The notes under the pieces were generated by a model. The model worked only from the letters and a program-made list of their open reading frames with translations. It had not been told where the DNA came from and ran no database searches. Made by a program: the position numbers and the translations under genes. Of a DNA stretch of 64,000 bases, positions 45,272-55,312 are shown piece by piece. The stretch's first letter is position 1; each line of letters opens with the position of its first letter. The stretch spans positions 341,488-405,487 of the forward strand of contig JBMNFY010000008.1 in assembly GCA_050949565.1 (NCBI GenBank), written 5' to 3'. Source of the DNA: Kiritimatiellia bacterium. GTDB lineage: Bacteria > Verrucomicrobiota > Kiritimatiellia > RFP12 > UBA1067.

Positions 45272-46564
45272 TCAGTCGCTCACCCGCTCGATGCCCGCGC
45301 CCAGCCGCCGCAACTCCACTTCGACCGACTCATAACCGCGGTCGATGCTGCCGGCGTTCAAAATCTCGGTCTCGCCCTTGGCGCACAACGCCGCCACCAG
45401 CAGCGCCATACCGGCCCGGATATCCGGACTGGCCACGCGCGAGCCATGGAGCTGCGTCGGACCGGTCACCACCACGCGGTGCGGGTCACACTGCACAATG
45501 CGCGCCCCCATGCCGATCAGGTGGTCCACAAAGTACATGCGGCTTTCAAACATCTTTTCAAAGAAGAGCGTGGTGCCGCGCGTCTGGGTCGCCAACACGA
45601 TCAACACACTCATCAAATCGGAGGGGAACATCGGCCACGGACCGTCCTCGATCTTGGGAATCGCGTCGCCGAGATCATAGGCGGTCTTGAGCCGCTGACG
45701 CGCGGGCAGCCGCAGGCTCCGCGCCTCGCGGTCGAAGCTCCATTTGACCCCGAGACGCTTGAACGGCCGCTCCAGCACCTCGAAATCGGACGGCTCGACA
45801 TCCGCGACCGTCAGTTCACCGCCAGTGGCCAGCGCCGCCACCATGTAGCTGCCCGCATCAATGTAGTCCGGCCCCACCCGCTGCTCGGTGCCATGCAACG
45901 ACCCGACTCCCTCGATCGTCAGCAGGTTCGTACCGATGCCGCTGATGCGCCCCCCCATCGCATTGATCATGCGACAGAGATCCTGCACATGCGGCTCGCA
46001 GGCCGCGTTGTACAGGAGCGTCGTACCCTTGGCCAGCGCCGCCGCCATGACCAGATTTTCGGTTGCGGTCACGCTCGCCTCATCCATCAGGATACGCTGT
46101 CCCTCAAGACGCTTTGTGGTCTTGAAGAGATAGGTACGGCCGGCGCGGACCGAGACCCCAAGCCGCCGCAGGCCATCGAGATGGGTATCGACGCGGCGGC
46201 GTCCGATCACATCGCCACCCGGCGGATAGAGCTTGGCGGAACCGCAACGCGCCAGCAGCGGCCCGGCGAAAAGGATTGAAGAGCGCACCTTGCCGCACAG
46301 CGCCTTATTCAAGTGCGTGTCCTTGATGCGTTTCGCGCAGATGCGTACCGTCCGCCGCGCGCCGTCCAATTCGACCTCCGCGCCCAGTTCGACGAGCAGA
46401 TCGATCATGGTGCACACATCCGCGATCAGCGGCAGGTTACTGAGCACCACCGGCTCAGCGGTCAGCAGGCTCGCAGCCAGCATCGGCAACGCGGCATTCT
46501 TATTGCCCGGCACCTGATGAACACCACTGATAGGCCGACCGCCTTTAATGATAAATCGTGACAT
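45272..46564 (-). CDS. murA: UDP-N-acetylglucosamine 1-carboxyvinyltransferase (Asp at the Cys115 position)
   Basis: GNKNAALP, RSSIL, PPGGDVIGRRRVDTH, SVTATEN, EPHVQDL, DIRAG, IDRGYE. Confidence 0.95.
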   Translation of the reverse strand: MSRFIIKGGRPISGVHQVPGNKNAALPMLAASLLTAEPVVLSNLPLIADVCTMIDLLVELGAEVELDGARRTVRICAKRIKDTHLNKALCGKVRSSILFAGPLLARCGSAKLYPPGGDVIGRRRVDTHLDGLRRLGVSVRAGRTYLFKTTKRLEGQRILMDEASVTATENLVMAAALAKGTTLLYNAACEPHVQDLCRMINAMGGRISGIGTNLLTIEGVGSLHGTEQRVGPDYIDAGSYMVAALATGGELTVADVEPSDFEVLERPFKRLGVKWSFDREARSLRLPARQRLKTAYDLGDAIPKIEDGPWPMFPSDLMSVLIVLATQTRGTTLFFEKMFESRMYFVDHLIGMGARIVQCDPHRVVVTGPTQLHGSRVASPDIRAGMALLVAALCAKGETEILNAGSIDRGYESVEVELRRLGAGIERVSD

Positions 46565-46654
46565 GAAAAATCAACCATTCTTAGGGTTTTTAGAAAGCAA
46601 AGACATTGTGACATAGAAAGGCCGCCCCGTCCAGTTTCTCATGCCAATAATGGG

Positions 46655-47078
46655 CAGGTTCAGGGTTTCTGGTTTCAGGGTTTCTGGGTTTCAGGGTTTC
46701 TGGGTTTCAGGGTTTCTGGTTTCAAACTTCGGCGTTCAGCGTTCGACGGTCGGCGGTCAACTTTCAACGCTCAAATGGTCGGATGTCCAAGGAACAGGGG
46801 CACGGACATTCCTGTCCGTGGCACGGGTTGGAAAACCCGTGCTCCTTTCGCCGCGCATAACGCGGCGCGGTCAAGCAGACGCTTGACCCTCCCGGTGCTT
46901 CGCAAGCCCAGTGACCGAATGAGCCGTCTCGCAGCGAAAGGGCATTTACTCTCGCGACTCGCGACCTGCGACTCGCGGCGATGGCGATAGCGATCCCGAT
47001 ACCGATAGCGATGCTCTGCAAGTCAGGCGGAAAATATGGAGTGCGGCGGCAAGCGGTATTCCGCACGACGCCGCTTTC
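46655..47078. repeat. Repeat cluster upstream of cas3 (octamer GGGTTTCW run, REP hairpins, GCGACyc heptamers, CGATrs hexamers)
   Basis: cagggtttctggtttcagggtttctggg..; ctcgcgactcgcgacctgcgactcgcgg; cgatggcgatagcgatcccgataccgatagcgat; ggagtgcggcggcaagcg. Confidence 0.75.
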
Positions 47079-47088
47079 AAGCATGAGT

Positions 47089-47135
47089 TGCGTCACCCGA
47101 TTACGCTTGACGCACGTGACTGTGAGCGTTACCCT
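47089..47135 (+). promoter_or_regulatory. Putative cas3 promoter with palindromic operator
   Basis: TGCGTCA-N12-TGACGCA overlapping TTGACG-N17-TACCCT. Confidence 0.5.
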
Positions 47136-47189
47136 TCGTGACGTACACGATGGGGTTTGTTTGACGGAAGCGGAAGGGAAGGACGGGGC

Positions 47190-49511
47190 ATGAAATGTTT
47201 CGCACATACGGCACGGCACCGAGAAGATTGGGAGCCGCTTAAAACGCACCTGCTGAACGTGGCCGTTCGCGCCCGCCAATTCGCCTCTGCTTTCGGTGCA
47301 GGCGTCGAGGGCTATATTGCCGGCCTGCTCCACGATCTGGGGAAGTACGGGATACGGTTTCAAGAACGGTTGCACGGCAAGGGACGGCACATCGACCACT
47401 GGACTGCTGGTGCGTGGGCCGCAATAAAGCAATATGGGAAAACAGGCCGTTGTCTTGCGTTAGTTGCGCAGGGTCATCATTTGGGGTTGCAGCAAGACCA
47501 TAAGAGTTTCCTTGATAAAATTTGTACCCGTACGCCTTCTCCCGGCACAACGCTGTCAGCGGACTCTATGAACGAATTGTTGCAACAGTTCGCAGAGGAC
47601 GGATTGTCGTGGCCTGCCTTGCAGAAGTCGTTTTATAACCGGACGGGCAAAAGCTGCTCCGACATGCTGGACGTTCGGATGCTGTTTTCGGCACTCGTCG
47701 ACGCGGACTACCTCGAGACCGAAAAGTTTATCAATACGGTCGAGGTCAAGCCGCAACGGATGGCCGCGCCACTGCTCCAAGCACCGCAAGCGTTTGATGC
47801 TTTAACCCGACACATTGCGAAACTGAACACGAAGCACGGGAACTTGCGTTCAGATGTCGCGGTTATGCGAGCGACCCTGCTTGAGTCCTGCCTTGCGGCG
47901 GCGAAGACTTCTCAAAAGGCTTTTACGTTGAGTGCTCCCACGGGATCGGGGAAAACGCTTTCGATGCTGGCCTTCGCCTTGCAGCACGCCATCGAAAATC
48001 CAGACATCTCCCGCATTATCGTTGTCCTTCCCTTCCTCAACATCGTCGAGCAAACGGCGCTGGTTTACCGTGAGGTGTTTAAGGGTTTTCCAAACGGTTA
48101 CGTGATCGAACATCACAGTCTTGCAGGAACTCGCTCGACTGAGGGCAGAGACAATGACGAGGATCAAGAAAGTGCCGCATACCGTGAACGTCTGGCCGCT
48201 GAAAACTGGGACGCTCCCGTCATCATCACGACAAGCGTGCAGTTCTTTGAGTCGATCTTCGCGAACCGTCCCTCGGCATGCCGCAAGCTGCACAACGTCG
48301 CACGAAGCATCGTCCTGTTTGACGAGGCCCAGACACTCCCCTCTGAACTGGCCATCCACACGCTGACAGCTCTTTCCCGTCTGGTTGAGCGTTACCAGAC
48401 GACGGTCGTGTTTGCAACAGCTACGCAACCGGCTTTCTCCGCGCTCCATCAAGAAACGCTGAAGTGGTGTGCGCAAGGGTGGTCGCCCAGCTCCATGCTC
48501 ACTCGTGAAACGGAAACGCAGTTGTTCGGTAATGCGCGTCGGGTTCGTTTTGAATGGGGTGCCAAAGATGACCGTCTGTCATGGGAAGCGGTCGCCGATA
48601 GGATGCTGGGTGGGGGACACAAGCAGGCGCTATGCGTGATCAACACCAAGAAACAGGCACATGAACTGACAGCCTGCCTGTGTTCGAAAATGTCGCCTGA
48701 AGAACGAGACTCCGTTTTCCATTTTTCAACGGACATGTGTCCTCAGCATCGACGGGATCGACTCACGGAGATCAAAGCGCGTCTGGATGCGCACCAGCCC
48801 TGTTATTTGGTTGCGACGCAGTGCATCGAGGCGGGGGTGGATATCAGCTTCCCCGTTGTTTTCCGTGCTTGGGCTCCGCTGGAGGCGATTATCCAAACCG
48901 CGGGTCGTTGCAATAGGAACAATGAACTCTTCCCCGAAAAAGGCATTTGCCATGTCTTCACGCCTATCGAAGAAAAATTCCCGATGGGATTTTACGGTAG
49001 TGTAACGGCAGTCACACGCTCATACGTTGAGTCACTTGATGAAGAAGCCAAGGTGTATCTTGATGACCCATCGGTCATCGAGACGTACTACACCAGACTT
49101 TACGATGTTCTAAACCAACCAACTTCGGCTAAAAAATTCAAAGACATCTGCGAAGCGCTGGAGGGGTCTGATTTCATAACTGTCGCTGAGAAGTATCGGT
49201 TGATCGAACAGGACATGGTGAATCTGGTCGTGCCCTACGGTGAAGAAGGGCGTCAACTGATGGAGGCCGTCCATAAGATCGGGCTAAACGCCGACTGGTC
49301 GCGCAAGGCGCAACTTTATTCCGTAGCCGTCCGCCGTCCAAGGCCAGGCGACCCCATTCGAGATATCATGGAGCCCGCGCCGATTTTCAAGCGGAGCGAG
49401 CGGCTCGAATCAGAAGACTGGTTCCTTTGCACGGCGAATGCGAAATATGACGAATTAACAGGACTAGAAGTTCCGCATGGCAATGATTTTTGCGATTTTT
49501 GCGAGGTGTAA
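47190..49511 (+). CDS. cas3: CRISPR-associated HD nuclease/helicase Cas3
   Basis: LLHDLGKY, LVDAD, APTGSGKT, FDEAQ, TATQP, ATQCIEAGVDISF, QTAGRCNR. Confidence 0.96.
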   Translation: MKCFAHTARHREDWEPLKTHLLNVAVRARQFASAFGAGVEGYIAGLLHDLGKYGIRFQERLHGKGRHIDHWTAGAWAAIKQYGKTGRCLALVAQGHHLGLQQDHKSFLDKICTRTPSPGTTLSADSMNELLQQFAEDGLSWPALQKSFYNRTGKSCSDMLDVRMLFSALVDADYLETEKFINTVEVKPQRMAAPLLQAPQAFDALTRHIAKLNTKHGNLRSDVAVMRATLLESCLAAAKTSQKAFTLSAPTGSGKTLSMLAFALQHAIENPDISRIIVVLPFLNIVEQTALVYREVFKGFPNGYVIEHHSLAGTRSTEGRDNDEDQESAAYRERLAAENWDAPVIITTSVQFFESIFANRPSACRKLHNVARSIVLFDEAQTLPSELAIHTLTALSRLVERYQTTVVFATATQPAFSALHQETLKWCAQGWSPSSMLTRETETQLFGNARRVRFEWGAKDDRLSWEAVADRMLGGGHKQALCVINTKKQAHELTACLCSKMSPEERDSVFHFSTDMCPQHRRDRLTEIKARLDAHQPCYLVATQCIEAGVDISFPVVFRAWAPLEAIIQTAGRCNRNNELFPEKGICHVFTPIEEKFPMGFYGSVTAVTRSYVESLDEEAKVYLDDPSVIETYYTRLYDVLNQPTSAKKFKDICEALEGSDFITVAEKYRLIEQDMVNLVVPYGEEGRQLMEAVHKIGLNADWSRKAQLYSVAVRRPRPGDPIRDIMEPAPIFKRSERLESEDWFLCTANAKYDELTGLEVPHGNDFCDFCEV

Positions 49512-49624
49512 AAAAGCGCGACACCGTTTAAAGTGCCGCGCCCCAAATAGCACCTGCACAACAAGCACTGTTTCAATTCACGCCTTCGAAAGGCGAGAGA
49601 GCAATATAGCATAAGTGAATTTTT

Positions 49625-49675
49625 TGACAAAACCAGAAACTTGTCATTGCTTGTTGAGCAGAAATGTGATAACGT
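49625..49675 (+). promoter_or_regulatory. Putative internal cascade promoter with inverted repeat
   Basis: TGACAA-N10-TTGTCA directly followed by TTGCTT-N17-TAACGT. Confidence 0.45.
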
Positions 49676-49685
49676 TGCACCACCA

Positions 49686-50432
49686 ATGGATACTACAACC
49701 TTTACGCTAAAATGTTGGGGGCCGTTCGCCTGCTTCTCACGTCCCGACGGCGGGAAAGTCGAACGTCTCTCCTACCCTGTTCCGCCGCCTTCGGCGGTGC
49801 GGGGGATCTTCAGTGCCATCTACTCTAAACCCATCGAGTTCTGGTGGCAGCCGGTGAGAGTCGAGGTGCTGAAGCCGATTCAGTATATCGCCCTGCGCCG
49901 AAATGAAGTTAAAGATAAGATCTCGGTTGACGCTACTCAGATCCAGAAGTGGATGGAAGGCGAAGAGATCGTTCCGTTGGTGGCGGATGCCGACACGTCC
50001 TACTTCAATAACGACAAAAAAGGACGCACCCAACGCCAGACCATGGCGTTAAAAGATGTGGCCTATAGGCTGCACGCCAAGATCGTGCCCTGGCCGGAGT
50101 TCGCGAATCAAGTCAAGGGACTGGAGGCGCAATTCATCCGCCGGGCCGAAAAGGGCAAGTGCTTCTATCAGCCGGCTTTTGGCTGCCGCGAATTTGCAGC
50201 CTATTTCGAGCCCGTCACCGACGAGAAATTCGCCCAGCCGTCTGAACCGCCGGAAAAAAGCGCTACGCAGAACATAGGGCTGATGGTCTATGACACATTC
50301 GACCTCTCCGTCAAAAACCCGCCCGGCACCGCATCACCTTTCGTCACGCTATTCCATGCCAATCTAGAGAACGGCATAATGGAGATTCCGCCTTTCGAAA
50401 GTGACGCCGTACTCAAGCCCCCAAGGGAGTGA
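49686..50432 (+). CDS. cas5: Type I-C Cas5 (Cas5d)
   Basis: WGPFACFSRP..ERLSYPVPPPSAVRG, RRNEV, RTQR, YQPAFGCREF. Confidence 0.95.
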   Translation: MDTTTFTLKCWGPFACFSRPDGGKVERLSYPVPPPSAVRGIFSAIYSKPIEFWWQPVRVEVLKPIQYIALRRNEVKDKISVDATQIQKWMEGEEIVPLVADADTSYFNNDKKGRTQRQTMALKDVAYRLHAKIVPWPEFANQVKGLEAQFIRRAEKGKCFYQPAFGCREFAAYFEPVTDEKFAQPSEPPEKSATQNIGLMVYDTFDLSVKNPPGTASPFVTLFHANLENGIMEIPPFESDAVLKPPRE

Positions 50433-50434
50433 CC

Positions 50435-52342
50435 ATGCTACACTTGCTCGCCGATTATGCCCGCGACATCGGACTGGCCGCAGAGCCCGGCTTCGTTGCT
50501 AAAGAAATCCGATGGTGTCTGCTCTTTAAGAAAGACGGCACCTTTTCGGAGGTCGTTGACCTCTCTGGAGGCGACAAAAAGTCCAAAGGTTTGTTGTTTC
50601 CTAAATGCCCGGCACTCTCGCACAGCGAACTGATCGGTGGTTCGTCAGGCAGGAGCCAAGTCCTTTATGAAAGCGCTCAAATAATTGCCCTGATGTTCAA
50701 GGAAAATGACACTGATAAGGATAAAGACCGAATTCAAGGCAAACACAACTTCTTCGTCTCCTCTCTGGCGGACTGCGCCCAACACGCCATGCCCGAACTG
50801 GCAAATGTTGCGAAGACGTTGTCAGACAAAGCTTCCTGCACACAAATCGCGGCCGCGCTGAAAGAGAAAAAAGCGAAACCGTCCGACAAGGTAACCATCG
50901 CGGTGGACTTTGCGCGCCCTTTGGATTCATCCGCATGGCACGACTGGTGGCGCAACTTCCGCATAAAACTTGCCGATTCAACCGACAAAAAAAAGCCGAA
51001 GAAGAAAAAAGCTGATGCGTCTCTCATGCTGGATTTCATCACCGGCGAAACTATTACACCGTGCCTCACGCAGGGCAAGATCAGCAATCTCTCCGATGTC
51101 GGCGGCCAATCCTTTGGTGATGTGTTCATCGGCTTTGACAAAGAATCGTTTCGTTCATTCGGTTTTAAGCAGGGAGAAAACGCAGCCGTTTCTGAGGAGA
51201 ATGCGGCGGTCTATCGTGAAGCACTCAACCATTTGCTCAAAAACCACAGTCGGCGGCTTGGGAAGTCCAAAGTGGTCTACTGGTACAAAGGAAAGGTGAA
51301 ACCAGAAGACGATCCAATTGAAATGCTGGCACCTCGCGAAAAAGAAACCAAGGAAGACCTGTCTTTCGACGGGGACGATTTCGATCGACAGCAGGATAAA
51401 GCTGTCGCATTAAGCAATGCCAGAAGGTTGTTGGACTCACTCAAAACCGGTGAGCGACGCGATCTCGGGGAAGCGGCTTTCTACGTCATGGTGTTGTCCG
51501 GAGCATCCGGACGGATCATGATCCGCGACTGGATTGAAGGGCAGTTCGGTCAACTTGCTCAAAACATTGCCGACTGGTTTGAGGATTTTGAAATCGTGGC
51601 TCGATACGGGCAAGGCATGGCACCCTCTCCCAAATTCATGGCCGTCATGGGGGCAACCGTTCGGGAGTTGAAAGAACTGAATGCGCCATTTGTTGCCGCC
51701 ATGTTTCGAGCAGCGCTAGGCGGACGCAACGTCCCGATTCCGCAAAGTGCGTTAGCAGCCGCGTACGCACGCTTCAAGATTGATTTGATCTCGACCGATC
51801 CGAGAACAAATAAACCCAAGGCGTTCAATCATGCCCGGATGGGACTGATTAAAGCGTATCATCTCAGAAAAAAAGGAGGCGTGGAAGTGACCGAAAAACT
51901 CAACGAACGATTAGACTGTGTTCCCTATCAATGCGGGCGACTAATGGCGCTGCTTGCAGAGATTCAGCGGCGGGCCTTGGGGGATGTTGGTGCCGGCGTT
52001 GTCCAGCGGTACTATGCGGCCGCCTCTACCACGCCCGCTTTGGTGCTGGGCCGACTTATCCGGAACAGCAACGCGCACCTAGATAAGATTGGCGGCAATC
52101 TTGCCAGACGGTACGAAGACAAACTGGCGGAAGTCTGGGACGGCATCAGGACGGAGATCCCTAAAACGTTAACACTCGAAGAGCAGACTCTTTTCGCGAT
52201 GGGCTATTATCAACAGATTGCCCAAATCCGAAAAGACGCTGCCGATGCCATTGCGACGAAGAAAGCAAAGTCATCTGCGCAAGATGAAACAGAAACAACT
52301 GACCTGACAGACGACATTCAACTGCAAGGAGAATCACTATGA
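50435..52342 (+). CDS. cas8c: Type I-C Cas8c (Csd1)
   Basis: [50 protein letters not shown]; position in operon. Confidence 0.93.
   Translation: MLHLLADYARDIGLAAEPGFVAKEIRWCLLFKKDGTFSEVVDLSGGDKKSKGLLFPKCPALSHSELIGGSSGRSQVLYESAQIIALMFKENDTDKDKDRIQGKHNFFVSSLADCAQHAMPELANVAKTLSDKASCTQIAAALKEKKAKPSDKVTIAVDFARPLDSSAWHDWWRNFRIKLADSTDKKKPKKKKADASLMLDFITGETITPCLTQGKISNLSDVGGQSFGDVFIGFDKESFRSFGFKQGENAAVSEENAAVYREALNHLLKNHSRRLGKSKVVYWYKGKVKPEDDPIEMLAPREKETKEDLSFDGDDFDRQQDKAVALSNARRLLDSLKTGERRDLGEAAFYVMVLSGASGRIMIRDWIEGQFGQLAQNIADWFEDFEIVARYGQGMAPSPKFMAVMGATVRELKELNAPFVAAMFRAALGGRNVPIPQSALAAAYARFKIDLISTDPRTNKPKAFNHARMGLIKAYHLRKKGGVEVTEKLNERLDCVPYQCGRLMALLAEIQRRALGDVGAGVVQRYYAAASTTPALVLGRLIRNSNAHLDKIGGNLARRYEDKLAEVWDGIRTEIPKTLTLEEQTLFAMGYYQQIAQIRKDAADAIATKKAKSSAQDETETTDLTDDIQLQGESL
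51887..52342 (+). CDS. cas11: Putative Cas11c small subunit translated from an internal start in cas8c
   Basis: In-frame GTG preceded by AGGAGG (51874-51879) 7 nt upstream, at the start of the helical C-terminal domain. Confidence 0.7.
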   Translation: MTEKLNERLDCVPYQCGRLMALLAEIQRRALGDVGAGVVQRYYAAASTTPALVLGRLIRNSNAHLDKIGGNLARRYEDKLAEVWDGIRTEIPKTLTLEEQTLFAMGYYQQIAQIRKDAADAIATKKAKSSAQDETETTDLTDDIQLQGESL

Positions 52343-53304
52343 ACACCCCGATTAAAAACCGCCACGAATTCCTATTCCTTTTCGACTGCGAAAATGGAAA
52401 CCCGAACGGCGATCCCGACATGGGCAACAGCCCGCGTATCGATCCACAGGATATGCACGGACTGATTTCAGACGTCGCCATTAAGCGTCGCATCCGCAAC
52501 TACGTCCAGATCAGGTGCGGGAACGAGATGCCTAACGCAATCTTCATTCAACACTCGAGCAACCTCAACGTACCGATCGCCGTCGCACATGAAAAGACCG
52601 AAGGCGGCCTGGAACTCACCACCGGAAAAGGCGGCGCGGGAAAAGCCAAAGTCGACCTTGCCCGTGACTGGATGTGCGCGAACTTTTATGACGTCCGCAC
52701 GTTCGGTGCGGTCATGAGCACAGGAGCGAATGCCGGACAAGTACGCGGGCCTGTCCAGCTTACATTCGCCCGTTCTGTCGATCCGGTCTTACCAATGGAT
52801 ATCTCAATTACGCGTATGGCCGTTGCTGTGGGGGATCCAAAGAAGTGTAAGTCCAGCGAGGACTACCAAAAACTTGCGGATGACACGCCTGAAGACCAAT
52901 TGAGAACCATGGGACGCAAGGCTTTGATTCCTTATGGCTTGTTTATTGGAAGGGGCTTTGTCAGCGCGAATCTTGCGGCGCAAACTGGGTTTTCCGATGC
53001 CGACCTTGAACTTTTGTGGGAAGCGATCATGAACATGTACGAACAGGATCGCTCAGCCAGCAAGGGGCTGATGTCCGTACGTCGGCTCTACGTGTTCAAA
53101 CATGTCGGAATGGCGACCAATGAGCAGCGTGAACGTGAAGCCATGCTGGGATGCGCTCCTGCTCACAAGCTTTTTGATCTGGTTGAGAAACGGATCCAGC
53201 GTGTCGAGGTGCCCCGCGCTTTTTCAGACTACGAAGCTTCCATCCCGACAAAGGAACAGTTGGAACCTCTGTTGCCCCCGGGTGTCGAAGTCAAGGTCTA
53301 CTAG
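52339..53304 (+). CDS. cas7: Type I-C Cas7 (Csd2)
   Basis: [49 protein letters not shown]. Confidence 0.96.
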   Translation: MNTPIKNRHEFLFLFDCENGNPNGDPDMGNSPRIDPQDMHGLISDVAIKRRIRNYVQIRCGNEMPNAIFIQHSSNLNVPIAVAHEKTEGGLELTTGKGGAGKAKVDLARDWMCANFYDVRTFGAVMSTGANAGQVRGPVQLTFARSVDPVLPMDISITRMAVAVGDPKKCKSSEDYQKLADDTPEDQLRTMGRKALIPYGLFIGRGFVSANLAAQTGFSDADLELLWEAIMNMYEQDRSASKGLMSVRRLYVFKHVGMATNEQREREAMLGCAPAHKLFDLVEKRIQRVEVPRAFSDYEASIPTKEQLEPLLPPGVEVKVY

Positions 53305-53347
53305 CGCTGCTCCATGGCATTGCTCTCCCGCTCTCCCGCTTGCGCGG

Positions 53348-53621
53348 TGACCCGCGACTTGCGACCCGCGACTCGCGGTGACACGGCAAAACCGACGCCG
53401 TGCGCCGCCCCTGCCACCGCAGGTCGCAAGTCGCAGGTCGCGAGTCATCCGAAGAAGGAGGTGCCCCGCGACTCGCGGTGCTGCGGCAAGCCCGACGCCG
53501 TGCGCCACCCCTGCCACCGCAGGTCGCGAGTCATCCGAAGAAGGAGGCGACCCGCGACCCGCAGCCCGACGCCACGCGCCGACCCTGCCGCCGCAGGTCG
53601 CAAGTCGCAGGTCGCGAGTCA
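53348..53621. repeat. Three heptamer-built hairpin repeat units upstream of the four-helix-bundle gene
   Basis: Units 53348-53447, 53462-53533 and 53548-53621; left arm TGACCCGCGACTTGCGAC.., right arm ..GTCGCAAGTCGCAGGTCGCGAGTCA; linker TCCGAAGAAGGAGG. Confidence 0.9.
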
Positions 53622-53651
53622 AAACACAACCAGGCCAGAAAGGAACGCATA

Positions 53652-54410
53652 ATGTCAAAGCCCCCCTTCGGACGTTTCGGCGGATACCGCAAACTGCACT
53701 CTTTCGGTTTCGTCTGCCTCGTTTACCACGCCACGACGCGCTTCTGCCGACGGGTCTATCCGTGGAAGGAAGACCCGCTGGGCAAGACAAGCGGCCAGAT
53801 GGTCGGCGCGGCGCGTTCGGCGCGGCAGAATATCGTCGAGGCCTCGTCCCGCGCCAGCACGTCGAAGGAAACCGAAATCAAACTGCTGGACGTGGCAAAA
53901 GCCAGTCTGGACGAACTGCTCGGCGATTACGAGGCGTTCCTGATCGACAACGATCAGTTAGTGTGGTCGGAAAAAGACGAGCGCTGGCAGACCGTCGCCG
54001 CGTTGAAGTTGGATGAGTTCTCGGCGACCGAGGACGTGCTCCACGAATTCAGCCGCCACGTCATCGCGATGCGCCATCGTTTCGCGGACTGGTTGGAGCA
54101 TGAGGATCCATACGTCGCCGCCAACGCGATCATTGTGATAATCAATCGGGCGGCGAGCCTTCTTTTTCGGCAAATGGAACGGGCCATGGCTGATTTCGAG
54201 CGGGAGGGCGGTTTTCGCGAACGCATGACGCGTCTTCGAATTGAACAGCGCGAGGCGTTGAAAGCGGCGGAGCCCCCGCCGCCGTCCTGCCCGGCCTGCG
54301 GCAAGCCGATGACCCGCCGCAAGGCCAAGACCGGGCCGAATGCCGGCAAGCCCTTCTGGGGCTGCACCGGCTACCCGGCCTGTAAGGCGGTTCAGGAGAT
54401 AGAGCAGTGA
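53652..54410 (+). CDS. Four-helix-bundle (23S IVP/Avd-like) protein with suffix domain and topoisomerase-type C4 zinc ribbon
   Basis: GGYRKLHSF..QMVGAARSARQNIVE..LLDVAKASLDELLGDYE..FEREGGFRERMT; CPACGKPM..FWGCTGYPAC; SD GAAAGGA. Confidence 0.85.
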   Translation: MSKPPFGRFGGYRKLHSFGFVCLVYHATTRFCRRVYPWKEDPLGKTSGQMVGAARSARQNIVEASSRASTSKETEIKLLDVAKASLDELLGDYEAFLIDNDQLVWSEKDERWQTVAALKLDEFSATEDVLHEFSRHVIAMRHRFADWLEHEDPYVAANAIIVIINRAASLLFRQMERAMADFEREGGFRERMTRLRIEQREALKAAEPPPPSCPACGKPMTRRKAKTGPNAGKPFWGCTGYPACKAVQEIEQ

Positions 54411-55312
54411 TGACCCGCGACAAACGACCCGCGACCCGCAGTGACGCGGCAAGACCGACGCCACGCGCCGACCCTGCCGCCGAAAGTCGCAAGTCGCAAG
54501 TCGCGAGTCACCAGACAAAAGTGATGACCCGCGACCAACGACCCGCGACCCGCAGTGACGTGGCAAGACCGACGCCACGCGCCGACCCTGCCGCCGCAGG
54601 TCGCGAGTCGCAAGTCGCCAGCCGCCCCTATCCCGAAGACCAGCTTCTGCCGCTTTCAGCCGTAAGCCAGTATGTTCACTGTCCCCGGAGGTGCGCATTG
54701 ATTCACTTGGAGCAGGCATGGTCTGAGAATGTCTTCACCGCCGAGGGGCGCGTGCTCCATGACAAGGTGGACAGCGGCAAGAAAGAGTCGCGCGGCGACC
54801 TGAAGATCCTCCGCAGTCTCCGCCTGCGCTCGTTGCGTCTCGGCATCACCGGTATCGCGGACGTGGTCGAACTGCACCGTTGCGCACCGTCCGAGGGCGG
54901 TGTATCGGTGCCGGGGATCAGCGGCACATGGCTGCCGTTCCCCGTTGAATACAAGCGCGGCGCGGCCAGAAACATCCGCTGCTACGAAGTCCAGCTCTGC
55001 GCACAGGCGCTCTGCCTTGAGGAAATGCTGAACGCTCGGATTCCGGAAGGCGCGCTTTTTCTCGGCGAGAAGCAACACCGGTCAGCAGTTACATTCACGG
55101 ATGCGCTGCGTTCGGAAACCGAGGAGGTCTGCCTCGCCTTGCAGAAGTTGTTTGCCGAAGGCGTCACGCCCCCGGCGGCCTACAGCAAACGCTGCTCGTC
55201 CTGCTCCCTCTTTGAAGCCTGCCTGCCGAAATCCGCAGGCGCCGGCAAGTCCGCCCGCGCATGGCTTGCCCGCGAACTCGACACACTCGACCGCATGGAG
55301 CCGGAAAAATGA
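54407..55312 (+). CDS. cas4: Cas4 with repeat-derived N-terminal extension
   Basis: Core starts YPEDQLLPLSAVSQYVHCPRR; GIADVVE, PVEYKRG, QLCAQALCLEEM, CSSCSLFEAC. Confidence 0.9.
   Translation: MMTRDKRPATRSDAARPTPRADPAAESRKSQVASHQTKVMTRDQRPATRSDVARPTPRADPAAAGRESQVASRPYPEDQLLPLSAVSQYVHCPRRCALIHLEQAWSENVFTAEGRVLHDKVDSGKKESRGDLKILRSLRLRSLRLGITGIADVVELHRCAPSEGGVSVPGISGTWLPFPVEYKRGAARNIRCYEVQLCAQALCLEEMLNARIPEGALFLGEKQHRSAVTFTDALRSETEEVCLALQKLFAEGVTPPAAYSKRCSSCSLFEACLPKSAGAGKSARAWLARELDTLDRMEPEK
54411..54622. repeat. Two further hairpin repeat units (114-bp period) encoding the Cas4 N-terminal extension
   Basis: Units 54411-54510 and 54525 to about 54622; peptide MTRD.RPATRSD.ARPTPRADPAA occurs twice. 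Confidence 0.88.

Noticed and set aside
53314-53790. ORFs 53314-53652, 53224-53790 and the 5' extension of 53400-54410
   Set aside because: Read-through of stop-free GC-rich hairpin repeats; the real gene has its own SD and ATG at 53652
53348-54622. Possible second CRISPR mini-array or DGR
   Set aside because: Units lack unique spacers and do not match the I-C repeat; no reverse transcriptase or TR/VR pair with adenine-specific differences seen
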